Assembly: GCA_902796375.1 (NCBI GenBank)
Contig: CADBOW010000091.1
Span: 1 to 32,311, forward strand
Direction of reading: 5' to 3'
Length of the DNA stretch: 32,311 nt
Source: an uncultured Lachnospiraceae bacterium
GTDB lineage: Bacteria > Bacillota > Clostridia > Lachnospirales > Lachnospiraceae
In this document: piece by piece, positions 26,349 through 32,311 of the stretch
How positions within the stretch are numbered: position 1 is the first letter of the stretch
How the letters are laid out: each line of letters begins with the position of its first letter
Position numbers and translations under genes: made by a program
The notes under the pieces: model-generated
The model's input: only the letters and a program-made list of their open reading frames with translations
Databases searched by the model: none
What the model was told of the DNA's origin: nothing

Positions 26349-27236
26349 TTAAAGATTGAACAGGTTCCCGATCTTCTGCGATGTTTTATTAAAGCTCTCA
26401 CTTCCGCCTTCGAAGGAGGATTTGTACCGTTCCTGCCATACAGCCAGTGAATTCGGCCACTGCTCATAATCAGCGCACATGATCGTAAGTCCGACCTTCG
26501 CCCTCACGGGTTCTCCGGTCACATTAAACATCGTATATTCCACACCGACCCGTCTCAGGACTCCGGAATAACAGATCTCCCCCCAATGGAAGCTGATCAC
26601 CCGGGTATTCTCATTTCGAAGGGCCGCGATAAAGCCTTCCACCTGACGCTGAACGGTGGTTCTCTTCTTGTTTCCCATAGCAAGTCCCTGACTGACCGCT
26701 CCCTTCAGAAGGCCGGTGGTGGACAGATCCATCTTATCACTCATAAATGCATCCTTCGGATCCATGGAATCAAACAGCAGATCCACTGACATGCTGATAG
26801 ATGCCGGCACGGTTTTGTATTTCAGTTCCTTCGCTTCATCCGACATGAAATCCATGGTGGATGCAGGTCCGCCGGCATGCCCCTGCAGCCGGAGACTGGA
26901 TGGATTGAACTGTACCGTAAACAGCTTTTTCTTATTGGAAAGCTTCTGTACATAGGCATCTGCCAGGGAATCATCCATGCCGATGCCTGCCCCCGCCAGA
27001 AGTTTTTTGGTATAATCCCCCAGAAGTCCTGTATCAAATCCGGCCCCCATGTCAGCCAGGCCGCCCAAGCCGCCCAGGCCGCCGAGACCACCGCCTCCGG
27101 ATGCGATCTTGATGGCGTCCACCAGAACCGTTTCACGGTCCCTGAGATCCAGCACCTCAATGATGGCCTTTTCCACATTTCCGATATTCTGAGAGGCTGA
27201 GGTCCCTACTGATGTAAGTGTATCTACGATTCCCAT
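26349..27236 (-). CDS. CIS tube-initiator-like protein (Afp7/gp48 class), no LysM; paralog 2
   Basis: VQFNPSSL, SMSVDLLFD and FHWGEICYSGVLRRVGVEYTMFNVTGEPVRAKVGLTI, with a Gly-rich insert GGGGLGGLGGLGGL. Confidence 0.82.
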   Translation of the reverse strand: MGIVDTLTSVGTSASQNIGNVEKAIIEVLDLRDRETVLVDAIKIASGGGGLGGLGGLGGLADMGAGFDTGLLGDYTKKLLAGAGIGMDDSLADAYVQKLSNKKKLFTVQFNPSSLRLQGHAGGPASTMDFMSDEAKELKYKTVPASISMSVDLLFDSMDPKDAFMSDKMDLSTTGLLKGAVSQGLAMGNKKRTTVQRQVEGFIAALRNENTRVISFHWGEICYSGVLRRVGVEYTMFNVTGEPVRAKVGLTIMCADYEQWPNSLAVWQERYKSSFEGGSESFNKTSQKIGNLFNL

Positions 27237-27248
27237 GCTCCTGCCTCC

Positions 27249-28130
27249 TTAAAGCTTCAGATTCAGCAAACTGTTATTGGTAAACTGATTTGCCTTGCCC
27301 AGAATGCCCGTTCCCGTTCCGGGTTCCTGGAAGGTTTCTTCAAAGGCGTGTTCCCAGTATTTCCTGTCATAGGTATATCTTTTGTCCCTGGCATTGTCGT
27401 CTTTGGCATCCTCCTGCCGGATCGAGATCCCAACGGTTCCCCGTATGGGATTTCCCTTCTTGTCAAACATGGTATACTGCACATCCACATCGGTCACAAT
27501 GCCATGGAAGCTCATGTCTCCCCAGAAGAAGATCACTCTCTGTGCCTCCTTGATCGTAAGAAGGGACAGAAGACCCTGCATCTGACGCATGACACTGTAT
27601 CCGCTTCCATTGTTTATAAGCTGGGATGCTCCGAAATTGATGGCGTTGGAGGGTGTAAACCCAAGCAGCGGATTGTCTCCCGTCATAAATGCATCCATGT
27701 TGTTGGTATCATCAAACAGAAGCTCCATGGAAAGAATCGTCGCAGAAGGAACGTTGAACAGTGACAGTTCCGGATTGGCTGCGCTCCCCTTGAAATCCAT
27801 CTGCTTTTCGGCAGCGGTATCCAGCCGGAGTGTCGACGGATTATACTGAACCTCAATGGCAATATAATTCTTATCCACCACAAGTCCCCGGATCTGCTCA
27901 TAGGTAAGGACCTTCTTTCCCTTCAGGGAATTCTCGGCCTTCTGCATCAGCTGCTGATTCAGCTGATCATAATTCCTTGTAACATCCTCCGGTTTGGCTC
28001 CCAGGGCATCCACTCCCTCGTTGTTGTTCTGGTTGATGTTCTGATTCACCTTCCGGATGCAGAGTACGGCCTTGGTGTTATTTCCCGTCAGACTGCCTGT
28101 GAAGTTTTGAAGGGCTTTTCCCATTTCCAT
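27249..28130 (-). CDS. CIS tube-initiator-like protein (Afp7/gp48 class), no LysM; paralog 1
   Basis: VQYNPSTL, LSMELLFD and FFWGDMSFHGIVTDVDVQYTMFDKKGNPIRGTVGISIRQ. Confidence 0.82.
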   Translation of the reverse strand: MEMGKALQNFTGSLTGNNTKAVLCIRKVNQNINQNNNEGVDALGAKPEDVTRNYDQLNQQLMQKAENSLKGKKVLTYEQIRGLVVDKNYIAIEVQYNPSTLRLDTAAEKQMDFKGSAANPELSLFNVPSATILSMELLFDDTNNMDAFMTGDNPLLGFTPSNAINFGASQLINNGSGYSVMRQMQGLLSLLTIKEAQRVIFFWGDMSFHGIVTDVDVQYTMFDKKGNPIRGTVGISIRQEDAKDDNARDKRYTYDRKYWEHAFEETFQEPGTGTGILGKANQFTNNSLLNLKL

Positions 28131-28152
28131 ATGAAATCACCTCTCAACGATC

Positions 28153-31100
28153 CTATATGCCTCTTCTGATCTTTTCGTTCCGAAGCTTCTTCTCCAGCTT
28201 CTGCAAAACCTGCTCCGAGATCGCACTCATCTGAGACCGAACGCCTCTCGAAACCAGAGCCTCGATATCCTCCGCCTCCTGTCGGCTTAAGGTCCGCGCC
28301 GTATTCGTAGTAACGGAATAGGTATTCCTTCGTTCCGTTTCCAGCTGTTCCTGTTTCTGTTCGATCTCTCTTCTCTGGCGATTCTCGGTTCTGCGAAGGC
28401 TCTCAACCATTTCCTGCAGCTCTTCCTGTGTCACCCTGTCATTTCGACGATACACCAGTTCACTGGATTCCGTCTGAATCGGTTCCGGCACAGGCTCCGG
28501 CATGGCCGGCACTGCCGTCGTGATCCGACGGATCTCTTCGGCTGCAGCCTCCACATTATTTCTGGTGATCCCGACTCTGGCTGCCTGTCCCGAGCCGTCC
28601 AGATACTGCTCCACAACCTTGAATATCTCTACGGACTGCTCCGGGAAGATCCGGGTGATCTCATGGAAGATCTCTCTCCGTTCCTCCTCCTGTGCGTCCT
28701 CCGTATGCTGCAGGCTTTCGTACAGGGCCTGCTCATCATCCAGCAGGGACAGTGCCTCCTGTCTGGTCCGCTCGATCCCGCCTTCCCTCTTCCGTTCCGG
28801 CCGCAGCTGCTTCAGGACCTGAACCATCTGCTCGTAGCGTTCCACATTCCGGAGATTCATCTCATTCATTTCGCGGATCGTATTTTCTATGGTCTGTACG
28901 TCTCCGGCGTTCTCAGTGATCTCCTGAAGCTCCGTAAAATCCATCTCTGCCAGATCCACATTCTGTGATTCATCCAGATAGGAGCTCAGCTGCAATTCCG
29001 AACCGGCTTCCAGATTGTAGTTTAAACGATTGAAAATATTCTCTGCGGAATGATAAAGTGCGCCCCGGTACTCGATCCAGGTGTCACCCTTCGCAATCCT
29101 TTCATAGCCTGCATGGTACAGGGTTTTCACCACATCCAGAAGGACTGCGGCAGTCAGTCCCGCCGTGACCTTCTCCCTGCTTCTCTCTGTCTCCAAAAGC
29201 TCTCTTTCGTAAATGTTGTCGCTCCGATACCGTTCCACCTCACGGACACGTCTTCCTTCCGGCCGGGCAGCTGTTTCCTCCCCTGCCTTCTCCGTCTCCC
29301 GGTAGACCAGCTCGCTTCTTTCATAGATTCTTCCACGGTCGGTGGCTTCTCCGATTCCTGCTGCCTCTCTTCGGATCTGTTCCGTCCGAAGCTGCTCCCG
29401 AAGCTGCGTCCTTACATCAGATTCTTTGGTCTCCTTCGTCTGCCTGCTGATCCGCTCCTTCTCCAGCTGTTCCCTTACTTCGGAACGTACTGCGGAAACC
29501 GTTTCCTCCGCTGTGAAATAATGATCTCTGTCCTGCTCCAGCCGTTCCCGCTCCGTGACACGTTCCCTCTGGGATTCCCGTGTCTCACGGATGGTTCCGG
29601 GGGCCTCAGCCTCTTCGCCCTCCGTTTCGGTAGCGGGGATACCTTCCCGGTAGATCAGCTCCGCGCCCTCATGCTCCGTCCGAAGGATCTCTCCGGTCTC
29701 GGTGACATAGTTCTCCGTCTCCCGGGTTGCAGTTTCCGTCTCCCTCCGCTGCTGCTCTGTGAGCCTCTCCGAAAGGATCTGCTGCGTCAGTCTTTCACGA
29801 AGCGCCGCTTCCTGTGGGGTCTCTGCCCCGCCGGTTTCCCGGATCTCTTCGATCCGTTCCCGTTCTATACGCATGCTCTGACGTGCTTCGGCCAGACGCC
29901 GTTCCAGAGTCCGGCGTTCGCTTTCCGTCAGTTCAACTATGCTGCTCCTTACTTCTGTGACACGCTCTCCCGGTGCCCCCGGAACCGTCTGTCGGGAAAC
30001 AACCGGTTCCCCTGCCTCACGGATCCTTTCCCGTTCCAGAATGTCTGTCTCACGGATGGTTTCCGGCTTTCCAGCCTCTCCGCCCTCCGTTTCGGTGGCC
30101 GGAATTCCTTCCCGGTAGATCAGTTCCGCGCCCTCATGCTCCATCCGAAGGATCTCTCCGGTCTCGGTGACATAATTCTCCGTCTCCCGGATTGCAGTTT
30201 CCGTCTCCCTCCGCTGCTCTGTGAGCCTTTCCGAAAGGATCTGCTGCGTCAGTCTTTCACGAAGTGCTGCTTCCTCCGGGGTTTCTGCCCCGCCGGGTTC
30301 CCGGATCTCTTCGACCCGTTCCCGTTCTATACTCATACTCTGACGCGCTTCGGCCAGACGCCGTTCCAGAATCCGGCGTTCGCTTTCCGTCAGTTCTGCC
30401 GTGCTGCTCCTTACCTCTGTGACACGCTCTCCCGGTGCACCGGGAACCGTCTGTGGGGAAACAACCGGTTCCCCTGCCTCACGGATCCTTTCACGTTCCA
30501 GAATGTCTGTCTCACGGATGGTTCCCGGCTTCTCAGCCTCGCCGCCCTCCGTTTCGGTCGCAGGGATCCCTTCCCGGTAGATCAGGTCTGCGCCTTCATG
30601 CTCCGTCCGAAGGATCTCTCCTGCTTCCGTCACATACCGGTCTGTATGATCTGAACGGTATTCCGTATCGGTCCTCTGAGTGATCCGCTCTCCTTCATCG
30701 GTCACATACTCCGTAACCCGTTCGGATGCTGTCTCACCCGGTATCACACGTTCTGTTTCATGCTGCTGAAGGGTCTCCGATGTGACCCGGTCTGTCCGGA
30801 GCTCCTGTCCGGGTACGGTTCCGGCCCTTTCCCTGGTCCGTGATTCCGTCAGCTCCCGTTCCGTAAGTCTCTCACGATCAAGGGACGTCTGTTCCGTCAG
30901 GCGGTCCAGAATGGTTTCTTCCAGTTCTTCCCTGCTCTCTCCCTCACGGAATATCAGCTCCGCTCTCTCCCGTTCCGTAAGACGTTCCAGCTCCCGTTCG
31001 GTCAGAGCCTGTGAAGTGCTGACCGTACTGCTGTCCCTCTCAACCCGTTCGGTAAGACGGGAATACTCCTCGGTGCTCCTCTCTGTCAGTCGTTCTTCCC

Positions 31101-32259
31101 TTGTCTGCCCGGGAGCTGCGGCTCCTTCTGCCGCTGAAGCCTCCGCCGGTGCTTCTCCCCGGACGGGAGGCGCTGTTCCTTCCCGTTCCGTCAGGATCTG
31201 CTCCGACCTGCGGTATTCCACAGATTCCGGTCCTTCCACACGGGTTCTCTCTATGATCACCCGCTCCTCAGTCGTTCCCTGCGTTTCGGCAGGCTCCGCC
31301 GATCCGGCTTCTCCCTCCCGATAAACGATCTCGGCGGTTTCCCGCTCCGTATACTGTGCGGTTTCCCGCTCCGTCTCCAGCCGTTCGGTCTCACGGAATT
31401 CTCTCTCCGCCTGTTCGAACCGCTCCGAGCGTTCCTCACGCACAAACTGTCCCGGCTGCTCCGGGTATTCTGCAGACGCTGAACGGATCTCCTCTACCGG
31501 GAGTGCTGCCGTTCCCGCGCGTCCTTCCATTTCCCGGAAGACCTCCGGTTCGCTTTGTACGATATTTGAAAGGAAATTCTGCACCAGAAGCTTCCGAGCA
31601 ACATTTTCCTGTTCGGAAAGCATGCTTTCCTGAAGCTCGATCCTGGTATCACTCAGACTCCTGTTGAAATTCGATACGATCTGATAGATCGCACCCGTCT
31701 GAAGTCTGTGAAGTATACTCTCACTGAGGAAATCCTCGCGGGATCTCTCCGTGTGATATCCTTCTCTTCGCACAAGTTCCTTTGAAAGCTCCAGGGTTCT
31801 TTCTCTCAGCTCTCTGTTCTCGCCTTCCAGAACTATTTCAAAATAATGATTCAGGAAATCCTCTTCCAGGTGAGACGCCCGGATCATCCGTTTCACCTCG
31901 GTCATAAACCTTCTGTCATCCCTGACGCCAAGCTTATAGAGAGCATCCGTAATATACGTTCTGTCCTGATAGGTCAGTTCCCCATCCACAGAAAGCAGAA
32001 TACGGTTGAGCATATTATTAACGATATTGTATTTTTCTTCTTTCCGGCTGGAAATGAATGTGCTTCCGCCTATGGTGGTGGATTCTCCGTCCATAAGATA
32101 AATCTCCGGCGGAGAGCTCACCATATGAAGCAGCTCTTCTTCTCCGATCTCAAGCCCCATAAGAGAATAATTGCCGGTTATCCTCTCCCCGAAGGCATCA
32201 TAGCCATGAGTAAAATCCGAACGTACCTTCAGCTCGATCGGGGCCTTAATGGTGATCAT
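28153..32259 (-). CDS. 1368-aa E/R/T-rich repeat protein; candidate tape-measure/ruler of the CIS
   Basis: Long ORF with ordered-looking N- and C-terminal regions and a low-complexity repetitive centre. It lies immediately upstream of the tube-initiator/hub genes, the tape-measure position in contractile tails. The C-terminus EQVLQKLEKKLRNEKIRRGI resembles an ending I recall from Gram-positive CIS loci. Confidence 0.6.
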   Translation of the reverse strand: MITIKAPIELKVRSDFTHGYDAFGERITGNYSLMGLEIGEEELLHMVSSPPEIYLMDGESTTIGGSTFISSRKEEKYNIVNNMLNRILLSVDGELTYQDRTYITDALYKLGVRDDRRFMTEVKRMIRASHLEEDFLNHYFEIVLEGENRELRERTLELSKELVRREGYHTERSREDFLSESILHRLQTGAIYQIVSNFNRSLSDTRIELQESMLSEQENVARKLLVQNFLSNIVQSEPEVFREMEGRAGTAALPVEEIRSASAEYPEQPGQFVREERSERFEQAEREFRETERLETERETAQYTERETAEIVYREGEAGSAEPAETQGTTEERVIIERTRVEGPESVEYRRSEQILTEREGTAPPVRGEAPAEASAAEGAAAPGQTREERLTERSTEEYSRLTERVERDSSTVSTSQALTERELERLTERERAELIFREGESREELEETILDRLTEQTSLDRERLTERELTESRTRERAGTVPGQELRTDRVTSETLQQHETERVIPGETASERVTEYVTDEGERITQRTDTEYRSDHTDRYVTEAGEILRTEHEGADLIYREGIPATETEGGEAEKPGTIRETDILERERIREAGEPVVSPQTVPGAPGERVTEVRSSTAELTESERRILERRLAEARQSMSIERERVEEIREPGGAETPEEAALRERLTQQILSERLTEQRRETETAIRETENYVTETGEILRMEHEGAELIYREGIPATETEGGEAGKPETIRETDILERERIREAGEPVVSRQTVPGAPGERVTEVRSSIVELTESERRTLERRLAEARQSMRIERERIEEIRETGGAETPQEAALRERLTQQILSERLTEQQRRETETATRETENYVTETGEILRTEHEGAELIYREGIPATETEGEEAEAPGTIRETRESQRERVTERERLEQDRDHYFTAEETVSAVRSEVREQLEKERISRQTKETKESDVRTQLREQLRTEQIRREAAGIGEATDRGRIYERSELVYRETEKAGEETAARPEGRRVREVERYRSDNIYERELLETERSREKVTAGLTAAVLLDVVKTLYHAGYERIAKGDTWIEYRGALYHSAENIFNRLNYNLEAGSELQLSSYLDESQNVDLAEMDFTELQEITENAGDVQTIENTIREMNEMNLRNVERYEQMVQVLKQLRPERKREGGIERTRQEALSLLDDEQALYESLQHTEDAQEEERREIFHEITRIFPEQSVEIFKVVEQYLDGSGQAARVGITRNNVEAAAEEIRRITTAVPAMPEPVPEPIQTESSELVYRRNDRVTQEELQEMVESLRRTENRQRREIEQKQEQLETERRNTYSVTTNTARTLSRQEAEDIEALVSRGVRSQMSAISEQVLQKLEKKLRNEKIRRGI
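29581..30636 (-). repeat. Long coding tandem duplication: two near-identical units (462 and 465 nt) plus a partial third
   Basis: The unit starting YVTE(A/T)GEILR(T/M)EHEGA(D/E)LIYREGIPATETEG begins at 30636, 30174 and 29709. The third copy diverges after ...PGTIRET at about 29581. Confidence 0.95.
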
Positions 32260-32311
32260 AATTCAGAAAGCGCCTGAGCCTTCAGCGCTCTCCGGTCCGG
32301 CGGCCACTTTA

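Larger units (their letters stand above)
5762..32259 (-). other. eCIS-like contractile injection system gene cluster (partial; continues beyond the right edge)
   Basis: 20 co-oriented genes with gaps of at most 81 nt or overlaps. It holds tube initiators, hub, spike, gp25, two J-like proteins, a gpI-like protein and a Pvc15-like ATPase, with no capsid, portal, terminase or integrase in the window. Confidence 0.85.

Noticed and set aside
17474-32259. Prophage tail module
   Set aside because: No capsid, portal, terminase, integrase or lysis genes in the window. The twin J-like proteins and Pvc15-like ATPase point to eCIS. It cannot be fully excluded without the upstream sequence.
40-32277. Long plus-strand ORFs (e.g. 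40-450, 4262-5488, 10981-12072, 12889-14385, 21369-22631, 25172-26359, 29050-30654)
   Set aside because: They are antisense shadows of well-supported minus-strand genes, with no recognisable motifs and composition typical of reverse-complement codons.
32256-32311. 3' end of an upstream gene (either ...KAQALSEL* overlapping the ATG as ATGA, or ...AEGSGAF*)
   Set aside because: Likely exists, since the 1368-aa gene lacks an obvious RBS, but 56 nt is too little to choose the frame or product.
1-32311. Frequent GATC/CCGG/GGATCC/TCCGGA words
   Set aside because: Spread through CIS and housekeeping genes alike and explicable by codon usage (CCG, GAT, ATC, CGG). This also suggests the cluster is not a recent compositional outlier.

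Overview
Almost all genes in this window lie on the minus strand. The host is probably a Clostridia/Lachnospiraceae-type Firmicute (inferred from AGGAGG ribosome-binding sites, sigma-A-like promoters and gene families). About 26.5 kb (5762-32259) is one tightly packed cluster, open at the right edge, that looks like an extracellular/cytoplasmic contractile injection system (eCIS, Afp/PVC-like). In transcription order it encodes: a 1368-aa repeat-rich protein (tape-measure candidate), two CIS tube-initiator paralogs, a gpD/gp27-like hub, a gp5/gpV spike, gp25, two baseplate-J-like wedge proteins and a gpI-like tail protein. These are followed by an inserted module (STAS protein, membrane HATPase with no H-box, membrane-anchored SH3b repeat protein, small ORF), a Pvc15/Afp15-like AAA+ ATPase, an orphan FtsE-like ABC ATPase and a putative cargo block. 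The cargo block holds a ~973-aa pore-former-like protein, a YbjN/T3SS-chaperone-like protein, a tandem GNAT-like protein, a ~506-aa ADP-ribosyltransferase-like protein and a small acidic candidate immunity protein. The two putative cargo proteins appear to share a ~60-70 aa helical motif that may be a loading signal. Sheath, major tube, PAAR and cap genes are not in the window. Left of the cluster are a membrane PP2C (SpoIIE/RsbU-type) phosphatase, an acyltransferase-3, metY with its terminator, and the 5' part of a secreted protein missing from the ORF track. All family calls come from recognising motifs by eye; no searches were run.
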